A stretch of DNA of 64,000 nucleotides from the NCBI GenBank assembly GCA_000002435.2, contig CM018790.1; one strand, written 5' to 3'. The DNA comes from Giardia intestinalis (lineage: Eukaryota). This document shows, in pieces, positions 20,222-31,200 of the stretch. Both the position numbers and the translations under genes were made by a program. Below the pieces are notes generated by a model. The model did not search any database, was not told the DNA's origin, and was given only the letters and a program-made list of their open reading frames with translations. How positions within the stretch are numbered: the first letter of the stretch is position 1; each line of letters starts with the position of its first letter.

Positions 20222-20974
20222 TTAGCTGCGGACTGGGAGCCTCTCTCTTACGACGGGCCCTTCTAACTGCGTCGATGAGACGGATGCAGACCGGGTATTA
20301 GCCCCCGTTTTAGTGTTTGTGAGCCCTGTGAAGACATACTTCATCCCCCACTTGGTCCCGTCGACACCCTTTGGTACCGCAGGCATCTGAACAATCTCCA
20401 TACTCTCCGTAAGAGTCAGGTGTATCCATATTCCTTTTAACTGATAGTAGTACTCCTTGTAATCATCTGCCGTGAGGAAGTATGCGTACTCGAGGTCACG
20501 GCTTATGAGGCGCTCCATCAGGTTGAGGTCGCGGAGAGAAAAGTCGCTGGCACACAGGGCAAAGGATCTAGAGCTACAGGATATGTCGTCCCATACCTTG
20601 CTTGCTATCATGATGCAGGTGAATACAAGCCTTTCCCAGGTCTCGCTAGAAATAGTGACCCTGCAGGGATTCAGGTTGATGAACATGTCAAGATATATGA
20701 CAGAGGCTACAAGGCACTCTGGCTCTACCTGGGCCTTTCGGAAAAGTCGATAGATGAAGGTGTACACCTCTTCGAATTTTGGGAGTCTGTTGTAGTACAA
20801 GAAATTTGAGGTCTTGAAGATGCTGTATGGAGCAGTATCAACTTTGTATGGGAAAGGCATGGCATGGGTGGCAAGAATCATTCCGTAGACAGCCGCTGAA
20901 ACGCCCTTGACTGTCATATTCAGCTTTAAACTAGATCCTTGAGCGCCACCATGTGACGCTGCAGCAACGTTCAT
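20222..20974 (-). CDS. Cyclin, PHO80-like / P-type (cyclin-U-like)
   Basis: 'LVASVIYLDMF...WERLVFTCIMIASKVWDDISCSS' matches the PHO80-type cyclin box, including the conserved 'ASKxxDD' element. Size of 250 aa is typical. Confidence 0.6.
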   Translation of the reverse strand: MNVAAASHGGAQGSSLKLNMTVKGVSAAVYGMILATHAMPFPYKVDTAPYSIFKTSNFLYYNRLPKFEEVYTFIYRLFRKAQVEPECLVASVIYLDMFINLNPCRVTISSETWERLVFTCIMIASKVWDDISCSSRSFALCASDFSLRDLNLMERLISRDLEYAYFLTADDYKEYYYQLKGIWIHLTLTESMEIVQMPAVPKGVDGTKWGMKYVFTGLTNTKTGANTRSASVSSTQLEGPVVRERLPVRS

Positions 20975-21131
20975 GATTATATTTTCACCTGGTAGCGTTC
21001 TACGAGCGTAGTAAACAGTACTGAGGCAAAGGTGATAAACAACCTCTACGTTAGTAAACGGAATAAGAGGCGGGTAGCGGTGCCTGCACGCGGCGGAGAG
21101 GGCGGCCGCACAATGCTAAAGAAAAAATTGC

Positions 21132-21845
21132 ATGGCCCGGGTGAAACAAGACTACGTGGTTGTCGATCCCAAGGGGAAGCACACAACGCTTACAATTGAG
21201 AATGTGGGGCTAATACCAATCATGGCTCGGGTGCGGTCTGTGAATGTCACCGCATACTCAATTAACCCGACCTATTACCTGATCCATCCCAACGGATCAC
21301 AGGACGTCAACATAGAGATTCATATACCACGCCATATTGATCCCCTACACGACGCGTTCAAGGTTGCCACATTGACGCTGCCTCAGAAGTTTCTAGAGAG
21401 AGTTAAAACAGAGGTAGAGACCAGAAAAAGCCCCAGCGACACCGTGTGCAGGACCCTTTGGGAAGAAGTTGTTGCAACATACAATCCTATTACAAAGGAT
21501 ATCATCGTTCCTACACGGAGCGTAGGGGTATTAGGGACGTATCAAGCAAAGCTGGCGCAGGACACAGATGACCTAAATATCCTCAAGGAGGAAATAGAGC
21601 GTCTGATAGCCATGCGGAAAAAGAACGAGAAGCTGCTGCAAGACATGGAGACAAAGGGAATCGTCATCCAATCAAGGAAAAACAATCTCACGGAGAGACT
21701 AAAATATCTGCAGGCTCAGCTGGATTCTCTAGGTGTTTCGCGCGTAATGGGACAGATGAACAAGTCCAAGCGTATACTGGCCCACTACTTATTTATAATT
21801 TTCTTACTCCTGGCGTCTACCCTTGGGGGGTACGCCCTCTTGTAA
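21132..21845 (+). CDS. VAP-like protein: N-terminal MSP domain, coiled coil, C-terminal transmembrane anchor
   Basis: The N-terminus 'VVVDPKGKHTTLTIENVGLIPIMARVRSVNVTAYSINPTYYLIHPNGSQDVNIEI' has the pattern of an MSP beta-sandwich. The central 'EEIERLIAMRKKNEKLLQDMETK' is coiled-coil. The C-terminal 'YLFIIFLLLASTLGGYALL' is a hydrophobic tail anchor. Together this is the VAP architecture. Confidence 0.6.
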   Translation: MARVKQDYVVVDPKGKHTTLTIENVGLIPIMARVRSVNVTAYSINPTYYLIHPNGSQDVNIEIHIPRHIDPLHDAFKVATLTLPQKFLERVKTEVETRKSPSDTVCRTLWEEVVATYNPITKDIIVPTRSVGVLGTYQAKLAQDTDDLNILKEEIERLIAMRKKNEKLLQDMETKGIVIQSRKNNLTERLKYLQAQLDSLGVSRVMGQMNKSKRILAHYLFIIFLLLASTLGGYALL

Positions 21846-21986
21846 ACACGTTGCTTCATATGTTTGCTGCAGTGCATGTACTAATCTGCATGGTGAGTAA
21901 GTTATTAGGTCCACAAGTTAGTTTTCTGGCTTCGCTCCAAAAGATGGATAACGATCTCATAATTTTATTTAAGGTTTTTAATAGCT

Positions 21987-23330
21987 ATGGACGGTACTCC
22001 AGTGGAGCAAGCTGTTGATGGGATGTCAGGAATGGAGCTTCTCTGGCTCGGCCTGGTCGAATATAAAGAGCTGCGGAGGCTAGGAAAAGATGAGCGCGAG
22101 AAGGCTCTCAAGGGCGTTTTGCAGAGATTTGAGCTTCTGACTACTAGAGGATCGGCTGAGCAGCGGTTAAGCAAAAACGAGAGCTCTAAAGAGCTAAACG
22201 AGACAAATATTCCGTTTCTGCTTGGCTACTACTACGTTGGGAAGATACTGAATGACTACGTCCATGAAAACCGTTTAAAGGCTCTTACTGTTGCATCCAA
22301 TAACTTTGTCATCTTCCTAGAGATCCTCACCGATTATGGCATGCTGTCGCCCGACGAGGCTGCAGAGGTTGTTGTGATGCAGCAGGAGGCCGGACTTGGG
22401 GGAGAAAAGGATGAAGTAGACGAGATGATAGAACACGTAAAGCCTCAGCAGGGAATAATGAAGGCCCTGGCTACTCGCCAACGCGCCCAGCAAGAATTTC
22501 GAGTTCAGCAGGAGGCAGAGGCGATGCACGAGGAGATAGCCAAGCTAATGCAATCGACCAAGCGCGCAGATTATGACGCCGCTCGCGATCTTCTAGAGAA
22601 ATATCTCCGTGCTCTCGTGCTTTCTGCGAAGTTTGGTGCGCTGAAAGAGCTCAAGTACCTTTACGAAGAAACGCGGATGCTATCATTTGAGAAGAACAAC
22701 CCGGAAGAGGCGGAGCGCATCCGAAAAGATCGTATGCGATATGGGGCTCCCGAGAATACTGCAAAGAAGAGCATCAACATGGTGTCACTGACCGAACAGG
22801 ACATTGCAGTCATCGACAAGAACAAGCCCATTCAAATATCGAACGCCGAGGATCTGAAAAGGCTAGAGGTCATCAAGCAAGAGGCCCGGAAGCAGGGTGC
22901 GTTTGTGCCGAAGGACTGCATCGAACTTCTTAGGGAAGGCAATGAGGCTGCTGCAGTTGCTATGGGGCCTACCAAAGCGGGCCTCAGCGGGATTGCTACG
23001 GCTTCCAACCTCACAACGCAAGACGTGCTAGGTCAGGCAGACGGGCTCCGCCTTAACGCAGAGCAGTTTACTGGCTTGAATCTTGTCTATGGGGGTGGGA
23101 ATCCTTATACAGGCCAAATACCCGGTGACCCTAACGGGGACCATCGCAACGTGGTCTATAAGGTGTCCAGGACAGAGACAATGCAGCCAGGGACGAAAGA
23201 CGAAGAGCCTGATGAAGATAAGCCTCCTTCAGACTACTCGGATGACGAGGAGGTGCACAGACAGCGTAAAGACGATGACGAGAACGATGGAAGGAAGAGA
23301 GGCTGGGGGAATCGCTATAGGCGCATGTAA
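21987..23330 (+). CDS. Hypothetical helical/acidic protein (possibly TAP42/alpha4-like, very tentative)
   Basis: 447-aa ATG ORF, helical in the first 250 aa and with an acidic disordered tail. The TAP42 resemblance is a weak impression only. A possible AGTAAAC motif lies directly after the stop. Confidence 0.4.
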   Translation: MDGTPVEQAVDGMSGMELLWLGLVEYKELRRLGKDEREKALKGVLQRFELLTTRGSAEQRLSKNESSKELNETNIPFLLGYYYVGKILNDYVHENRLKALTVASNNFVIFLEILTDYGMLSPDEAAEVVVMQQEAGLGGEKDEVDEMIEHVKPQQGIMKALATRQRAQQEFRVQQEAEAMHEEIAKLMQSTKRADYDAARDLLEKYLRALVLSAKFGALKELKYLYEETRMLSFEKNNPEEAERIRKDRMRYGAPENTAKKSINMVSLTEQDIAVIDKNKPIQISNAEDLKRLEVIKQEARKQGAFVPKDCIELLREGNEAAAVAMGPTKAGLSGIATASNLTTQDVLGQADGLRLNAEQFTGLNLVYGGGNPYTGQIPGDPNGDHRNVVYKVSRTETMQPGTKDEEPDEDKPPSDYSDDEEVHRQRKDDDENDGRKRGWGNRYRRM

Positions 23331-23369
23331 GTAAACGTAGGGCTTTCTGTTAAACGTCGCTATCGACTG

Positions 23370-24209
23370 CTAATCCATGAGATTGTGCAGTATATTAGCT
23401 TTACCCCGTATGAGAGCGAGCTCCCCCTCTGTGAGCGTGCACTGGAGGTATGTCTTGCTTTGCGTTGGGCCCCTTGTGCAAGCAATACATCGGGAGTTGA
23501 TCAAGCTCATAATTGTGTCATCAATATCAACAGCAGACAGCAGCGTATCAGTTTGCAGACAGCTGTACGCTTGAAAACATGCCTTGAGTCTTGCCACAGA
23601 CACACGAGAGGACCTAGTACGACCGTTAGTTGTTGTGTGGCTTAGGCTCTGCTTGAAGCTCTGGCCCTTTCGCTTGAGGGTTGTCCTTCCGAAGCGGTAC
23701 TCGTCCTGGCTGGGACTACTGTGCATGCAAATGTGCAAGATTGATAATAGAATACACTGGACACGGGTCATATGACCGCAATACGGAGAGATAGGGGAGC
23801 AAAAGGAGATGACATTTTCGTTAATGCTAGCAGTGATGAACCGAGGAGCTTCCAAAGTAATGTAGTCACATCTTTCATCAGTTGGGCGTCTTGAAGCTGC
23901 GATGAAAGATTTTCCACTAGCCTGTAAGGCCAATATCAGCTCATTGAGATTGAAAACACATACATCATCGAGGAGAAGAACACAGGTACACGGGGCAGCA
24001 AGCACATGGGCCTCTAATTCCTGGATGCTGCGGTACATGGCGCAATATAGCATTTCTGTACAAGCAACACGTGCATGGACCGCCTGGAGAACTGTTGTCT
24101 TTCCACTAGAAGCTTTACCAACCAAGACCATCTGTAGCAGGATGCCGCTACGAGCAACCTCAGATGTGAGGATCTCTAGATGCCGCACTGCCTCGCTAGC
24201 AGTCAACAT
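23370..24209 (-). CDS. P-loop NTPase (AAA-like), hypothetical
   Basis: Walker A 'LVGKASSGKTTVL' and a Walker-B-like 'CVLLLDDVC'. No further family assignment is possible by eye. Confidence 0.4.
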   Translation of the reverse strand: MLTASEAVRHLEILTSEVARSGILLQMVLVGKASSGKTTVLQAVHARVACTEMLYCAMYRSIQELEAHVLAAPCTCVLLLDDVCVFNLNELILALQASGKSFIAASRRPTDERCDYITLEAPRFITASINENVISFCSPISPYCGHMTRVQCILLSILHICMHSSPSQDEYRFGRTTLKRKGQSFKQSLSHTTTNGRTRSSRVSVARLKACFQAYSCLQTDTLLSAVDIDDTIMSLINSRCIACTRGPTQSKTYLQCTLTEGELALIRGKANILHNLMD

Positions 24210-24259
24210 ATATTTACTTTTCCATGCCTTACACCCAACACCCGTGTTTCTGGTTAGGT

Positions 24260-25072
24260 TTAAGACAGAGACGACCTAATGTGAAAAAGCGTGTTGCTTA
24301 CAAAGCCCAGCTCTTTCAGTGTCTTCCCGCTTAGAGAGGTACGAGAGTAGAGGACAGAGGCCGCGGGGTACCATAGGCTTTCCGTTTCCAGAAGTTCTAG
24401 GCTATCAAATAGAGCCTCCATGGTCTCGTCAACCCTTATGGAGACTTGCTTCGGGGCCCCACCGCTTGTTTTGATGGCCTTGACCTTTATAACACCTTCA
24501 ACGACAGCCACTGTTTGGAGATCTGATGTATTACGAACACAACAAGCAGACCCCGAGCATGCAGCGGTAGAGTCAGTGTGTTCTGGGAAAACATCCTCAG
24601 AGCTTCCCAAGGGACCGTCAGACTTCATAGCGGCTCTCATTTCTGTGTACTGCTGCTGCATACGCTTGCAAAGCTCCTCTGACTCATGCTTTCTGGCCTC
24701 CATCTCATAACGGATGCGGTCATGGAGCTGAGCCTTCATATTCTTTTCCCTCTGCTTTTCCCGCTTGATTTCCTCAAGCTCCGCTTTTTGTCGTCGTATT
24801 CTTAACTCCTCTGGTGAGAATGATTGGGTACCTGGAGAATGAGTCGAGACACTGTTCTGCGTAACTCCCGAAGCAAGCGGGCTTCCGCTAAGCTTTGGAT
24901 CCTCAGGGGCTGGCTCCTTCTGAACCTCGTCACCCATCTCTGTAGGCTGCTGTGCGGCTATATAGTCTAAGATGGAGTCTACGTCATCACCTGCAGACGC
25001 TACTGCGTCGCGAACCAGCTCCAAAGGGAAGCCGTATGTCTCATGAATCGTGTTTATCAGCTCCTCGGACAT
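24260..25072 (-). CDS. UBA domain protein with coiled coil and a C-terminal UBX-like domain (SAKS1/UBXN1-like architecture)
   Basis: The track start at 25102 is a TTG; the first ATG gives MSEELINTIHETYGFPLELVRDAVASAGDDVDSILDYI, a UBA-like three-helix motif. The central region is K/E/R-rich coiled coil. The C-terminal roughly 80 aa (VAVVEGVIKVKAIKTSGGAPKQVSIRVDETMEALFDSL...KTLKELGF) has beta-grasp/UBX-like periodicity. Assignment by architecture only. Confidence 0.5.
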   Translation of the reverse strand: MSEELINTIHETYGFPLELVRDAVASAGDDVDSILDYIAAQQPTEMGDEVQKEPAPEDPKLSGSPLASGVTQNSVSTHSPGTQSFSPEELRIRRQKAELEEIKREKQREKNMKAQLHDRIRYEMEARKHESEELCKRMQQQYTEMRAAMKSDGPLGSSEDVFPEHTDSTAACSGSACCVRNTSDLQTVAVVEGVIKVKAIKTSGGAPKQVSIRVDETMEALFDSLELLETESLWYPAASVLYSRTSLSGKTLKELGFVSNTLFHIRSSLS

Positions 25073-25245
25073 GGGGAATTTTTGGTTGGCAAGGAAGGCC
25101 AAAAGGAGTTTTTTCGCCGACAGCGTTCACATGTAATTGCAAAAAGTTGCAGAAAATTAACGTGAATCCGCGCAGACCCTTGCTTTGCAATTTCAGATGA
25201 TGTGTTCAAAAGTTTGTTTCAAAATGTTGCGGAATCCAAAAAAGG

Positions 25246-28200
25246 ATGAACCCGTTCGACCTTACTCCTGCATCGATTCCCTTCGTCCATGCGAGTGACA
25301 AGGCGGCCATGCTTCAGAGCGTGATACCGTTAGCAGTGGCTAAGGGCGTGGCATCTAATGCAGACACTCTTTCGGCGACAGACATCGCCATTGCGGCACG
25401 TGAGCCGCTACGCAACGCAAATCCGAATCCAGATGCCAGTTACATACTTACCCTGACACGCTACTATAAGCTTATGCGTCCAATTGCAGAGCACGCAAAT
25501 GACCACGACGTTCTGCGCGCCACCGTGGCTAACCCCAGCAAGTGGGTCTCTGAGAACGTATCTCTCGAGTGCTCCTCCATTGCCGGTGAAGCAGTTGCTG
25601 CTGCAATTAATCTAGCTGCAGCAAAGATTTTTAGTGGAATAGGAAATCACTACGACGCGACTAGGTTCTTCTCGGAGGCCGAGGCTATTCTGCAGGAGGC
25701 TGCTACGCTAGCAGAAAGCGGCCACCTATGTGGATTTTTAGGCCCTACTCATCTCCGGGCGCTGGCTTTGTTTGCCCAAGCACAGTCTCTCGAGAGCACT
25801 GCCGTGAGCAAGATCAACAAATTGGGTGCAGAGGAAATAGAGTCAACTGAACTGCAGACAGCCCTGCGTACGCTCACCGAGGCTAGTGCTCTTTACGATC
25901 GAGTTTTCAAAGACCTGGCTCCGACAGCCTCTTCTTCTACCGTTGTTGCAAGCACGTCTCTCTTTAAGGCTAAGCTTCTCCCTGCTCTTGCCAGATACGT
26001 CGTTGCGAATGCCTACTTTAATGGGAACAGGCTTTCTAATACCGCTACTGAATGCCGCAGGGCCTCTGAACTTCTTACCGTCGCACAAGCCGCGCTGGAG
26101 CTTACTCCTGACCAAGAACGCATGACTTCTGAGCTGGCCACGGCAATTATCGGCATACAGAGCAACCTACCCGTGGCCGGTGTCGATGACGAGGCACAGT
26201 TATATGATCTTCAGAGGATGACAGAGCAAGATTTCCGTGAATTCAAGCAAGCATACGGCGCACCAACAGATGTTCTACCTCCGTGGAGAAACGATTCTTC
26301 TCAAGACACTGCGGCTCTTAACGAATTACGCCGCATTGTGGCCAGCAAGGACGATGAAATTCAGGCACTTAACATCTCGTTACGAAACGCGCAGCTGGAG
26401 CTTCTCCAGGTATCTTCTGGAAGCGTTCTCAACACAGAAGTCACGTATCTTAAGGGTCTTTTGGAGAAGGAACATGAAACCGTGAAGTCACTTCAAGAAG
26501 CAGCAGAACTTAAGAACAAAGAGGTGGATGCATTGAACGAAGCCCTTAAGCAACAAGAGGAGATGGTCAAGTCCCTCTGTGAAAGTATCTCTCCATCTGC
26601 ATCCCGCAAGAATCTCAAGAGCCCAGCTGCGGGGGATGCGTCCACCCGCGAGGCAGACAGGCGAGAGCGCATGATAAAGAAACTTCAGATGCAGGTTATG
26701 AGTAAGGACATTGAGATTAATGAGTTGAAGTCTTCTCTTGAGCTAGCGAACAGCGGCATGTTAGCCTCTACCACCGGTGCGACGACAGACGAGGTCGACG
26801 CTCTCCGAAGGGACATTGCGGCTCTTCAGAATGCTATTGATGATAAGGACAAAGAGGTAAAGTGGCTAGAAGACGAGATTCGGCAAAAGGATGATACGAT
26901 GATAGAATTGCGGGGCCGCACGGAAAGTGAGATAGAGTCCCTCCAGGAGACAGCCGCCAGCAAAGACCAGGAAATTGCAAAGCTCGAGGCAGAATTGAAG
27001 AGTACCTTGCAAATGATCCAGGCCCTCAAGAACTCTGAGGCTGATGGCGCTGGTGCAACAAACATACTGCAGCGTGAGAAGGCACACCTAGAGGATAAGT
27101 TGCAAGAAAAGGAAAATATCGTAGCAGAATTAAACGAGGCCTTAAGAAAAAAAGATTTAACGATTGCTGAGCTGCATGAGAGCGCTGCAGCTCAGCAACG
27201 GAAGGAACAGGAGACAATCGACTTCTACGAAAACCTCAAAAGAGAGCAGAATCAAGTTATCTCTGATCTGCGAAGCTCGCTCTCGGCTAAGCAGGCCACT
27301 TTAGCCATGGCAGAGGAGACTGCAAAGACACTAGAAAGTGAAGTCCAGTCGCTAAAGAGTGAAGTGGACGCTAAGACTATGGAGATAGAAAGCCTCCTTG
27401 CTATGTCGACGAGCAAGGCCAACGATATGGACCAGACCATGGAAGAGCTCCAGTCATTGAGGACCGAACTGCTGGCCAAAGAAGGAGAAATTCAAACCCT
27501 TAGGAACCTAATCGAAGAGAAGGAAGCAATAATTACTGATTTACGGATGACAGAAAGCGAACACCAGAACAAGTATACTACTCTCCAAACCACACTTCAG
27601 CGGCTGAATGAAGACCTTCAGAGCAGAGACCGTCAGATCGTTGCACTTTTAGAAGAAGCAGAGGCAGCAGCTGAGCGTCAAAAGGCGAGTCAACATCTTC
27701 AGGAACAGCTCCAGAGGCAGATTTCTCAGCAAGATATTGTAAGCAAAAGCGTCCAAGAACAAGTCTGTATGATGAGCGATGCTGCCTGTCGGGCCCGCTA
27801 TTTAGAGGATAAATTGGCCACCAAAACATACGACGAAGAAGTTTTGCGTACTATGATACAACGTGTAGAAGATGCCGACCGAGACAAGGGGAGGACTATC
27901 GAGAGTCTGAGAACGGAGATTGAGTTTTTGCGCAGTGAACCTAAGTATCAGCCAGACGACAGATCGGGTCAAATAGAAGCACTGGAAGACAAGATCGTAG
28001 CGTTGAACACACATATTCGGTATCTTACTAACGAGCTACTTCAAAAGGAGCAAGAGCTAGTGCACTTAGCTAATGACGATAAATCAGCTGAGACAGACCG
28101 TCTGAAGAAGCTTCTTATTAGTCAGGATGATGAGCTGAATGAGCTAAAGGAGAACCTGTTCCTTCTTAGAGAAAAGGGAATAAGCGATGGAATTCTTGAC

Positions 28201-31200
28201 GGAGAACCCACGATGGTTCCTGCAAGCATGCTTGTTAGCAAGCAAGAGGAGATCGATAGATTAAAAGAAGCCTTAGAGTCTCTTAGCGCAGAGGAGCCGA
28301 TTATAGTTACCCGGCACGAAGAGCCAGAAGAGGATATCTCTAGTCTTAAGAAGCAGCTTACTGAGCTCACCGGACTGGTTGCCAGTCAAGCCGTCCAGAT
28401 TGAGGGTTTGAATGCTCAATTAGCCGATAAAACACGTGACCTTGACACTGCCTTGTATGATGTCGCAGTCTTAAGACGTGCATTGCGCGTCATTGAGGAT
28501 GACTACAGAGATTCTGAGCGCAGTCTTGACCAACTCGAACAACAAGCTGTCAACATGAAGGATGCTTATGAGTTATCTCTTGCAGCGCAGGTAAGTCCTA
28601 TTGGCGTTCTTGAAAACGAGCTCCGAGCACTCAGTACGCATAATCAGCAATTGATAGACGTCATTGATGAAAAGGACGGTGAGATTTCACGGCTTCATGC
28701 TTCTGTTATCGATGCTATTTCTGCTAGCCAAGTTGTAGTTGCTCCTCCCGATTTCTCCAATTTGCTCACCGATAAAGACGCCGAGCTCGAGCGCCTCCGC
28801 ACGCTCCTCGACCATCCCCCGGTTGAGCAGCCCGTAGACGACTCCCAGAAGTACCGGGACGCGATCGGCTTCCTCAAGGAGGAGCTTGCCTACAAGGACC
28901 ATGAGATCCGCCGCATGAGGGCTGACAGCGCGCCCTCCGAGGTCGCGCAGATCGTTGACGCCTCCCTCAAGCAGGCCCTGGCACAGAAAGAGGAAGAGGT
29001 GGCGCGCCTCAAGAGCGCCCTGGAGGATCTCGCCTCGGACCACATCGGCCAGAAGACCGGCGAGCCCGACACAGCCGCTCTCAAGGCCCTGCAGCAGGAG
29101 ATCAGCACAAAGGACGACGAGATCCAGAAGCTCACCGCTGTCATCGCTGCCATGCCGCGCACCCATGAGCCGCAGGACATCACTGACGCCGCAGAGCTGG
29201 TGCGCATCCTTGAGTCCAACCTCGAGAGGGAGAAGGATGACACGGCTGCTCTTCGCGACGCCCTGCGCAACGCAGAGGAGAAGAACAATGAGCAGCTTCG
29301 CGAAATAGATGATCTTCGTCGGGAGCTCGACGCGCTTCGCAGGGCGGCTCCCGTCGAGCCTCTTGCGGCTGCAGCCCCGGCCGACGACGACCTTCTCCGG
29401 TCGCTGCGCGCAGACAACGAGATGCTGATGGAGGATGTCCATGATAAGCGCCAAGACATCAAGGTTCTGGAGCGCAAGCTTCTTCAGGCCAAGGACGTCA
29501 TCGAGGATCTCAAGGACGCGCTCGTCCGCGTCGAGCCCGCCGAGCTGACGGCCATTGCAGACGGCGACGCGGAGGACATCGGCCGCCTCCAGGACCTCCT
29601 CGAGAACATGAAGCAGCGCGAGAAGGAGCTCAACCGCTTCTACACCGACCTGCTGAAGCAGACCCAGCCGGCACAGGCACCAGAGCCCCTCACCCAGGCA
29701 GACTTCGAGCGGATCCTCTCCGAGAAGGACGCCGAGCTCGAGCGCCTCCGCACGCTCCTCGACCATCCCCCGGTTGAGCAGCCCGTAGACGACTCCCAGA
29801 AGTACCGGGACGCGATCGGCTTCCTCAAGGAGGAGCTTGCCTACAAGGACCATGAGATCCGCCGCATGAGGGCTGACAGCGCGCCCTCCGAGGTCGCGCA
29901 GATCGTTGACGCCTCCCTCAAGCAGGCCCTGGCACAGAAAGAGGAAGAGGTGGCGCGCCTCAAGAGCGCCCTGGAGGATCTCGCCTCGGACCACATCGGC
30001 CAGAAGACCGGCGAGCCCGACACAGCCGCTCTCAAGGCCCTGCAGCAGGAGATCAGCACAAAGGACGACGAGATCCAGAAGCTCACCGCTGTCATCGCTG
30101 CCATGCCGCGCACCCATGAGCCGCAGGACATCACTGACGCCGCAGAGCTGGTGCGCATCCTTGAGTCCAACCTCGAGAGGGAGAAGGATGACACGGCTGC
30201 TCTTCGCGACGCCCTGCGCAACGCAGAGGAGAAGAACAATGAGCAGCTTCGCGAAATAGATGATCTTCGTCGGGAGCTCGACGCGCTTCGCAGGGCGGCT
30301 CCCGTCGAGCCTCTTGCGGCTGCAGCCCCGGCCGACGACGACCTTCTCCGGTCGCTGCGCGCAGACAACGAGATGCTGATGGAGGATGTCCATGATAAGC
30401 GCCAAGACATCAAGGTTCTGGAGCGCAAGCTTCTTCAGGCCAAGGACGTCATCGAGGATCTCAAGGACGCGCTCGTCCGCGTCGAGCCCGCCGAGCTGAC
30501 GGCCATTGCAGACGGCGACGCGGAGGACATCGGCCGCCTCCAGGACCTCCTCGAGAACATGAAGCAGCGCGAGAAGGAGCTCAACCGCTTCTACACCGAC
30601 CTGCTGAAGCAGACCCAGCCGGCACAGGCACCAGAGCCCCTCACCCAGGCAGACTTCGAGCGGATCCTCTCCGAGAAGGACGCCGAGCTCGAGCGCCTCC
30701 GCACGCTCCTCGACCATCCCCCGGTTGAGCAGCCCGTAGACGACTCCCAGAAGTACCGGGACGCGATCGGCTTCCTCAAGGAGGAGCTTGCCTACAAGGA
30801 CCATGAGATCCGCCGCATGAGGGCTGACAGCGCGCCCTCCGAGGTCGCGCAGATCGTTGACGCCTCCCTCAAGCAGGCCCTGGCACAGAAAGAGGAAGAG
30901 GTGGCGCGCCTCAAGAGCGCCCTGGAGGATCTCGCCTCGGACCACATCGGCCAGAAGACCGGCGAGCCCGACACAGCCGCTCTCAAGGCCCTGCAGCAGG
31001 AGATCAGCACAAAGGACGACGAGATCCAGAAGCTCACCGCTGTCATCGCTGCCATGCCGCGCACCCATGAGCCGCAGGACATCACTGACGCCGCAGAGCT
31101 GGTGCGCATCCTTGAGTCCAACCTCGAGAGGGAGAAGGATGACACGGCTGCTCTTCGCGACGCCCTGCGCAACGCAGAGGAGAAGAACAATGAGCAGCTT

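Noticed and set aside
23320-23340. AGTRAAY-type polyadenylation signals after stop codons as systematic 3' features
   Set aside because: Only one clear match (AGTAAAC straddling the stop of the 21987-23330 gene) was found. Other genes show at best one-mismatch versions (AGTGAAG, AGTAAAG, TGTAAAC). This is too inconsistent by eye to annotate gene by gene.
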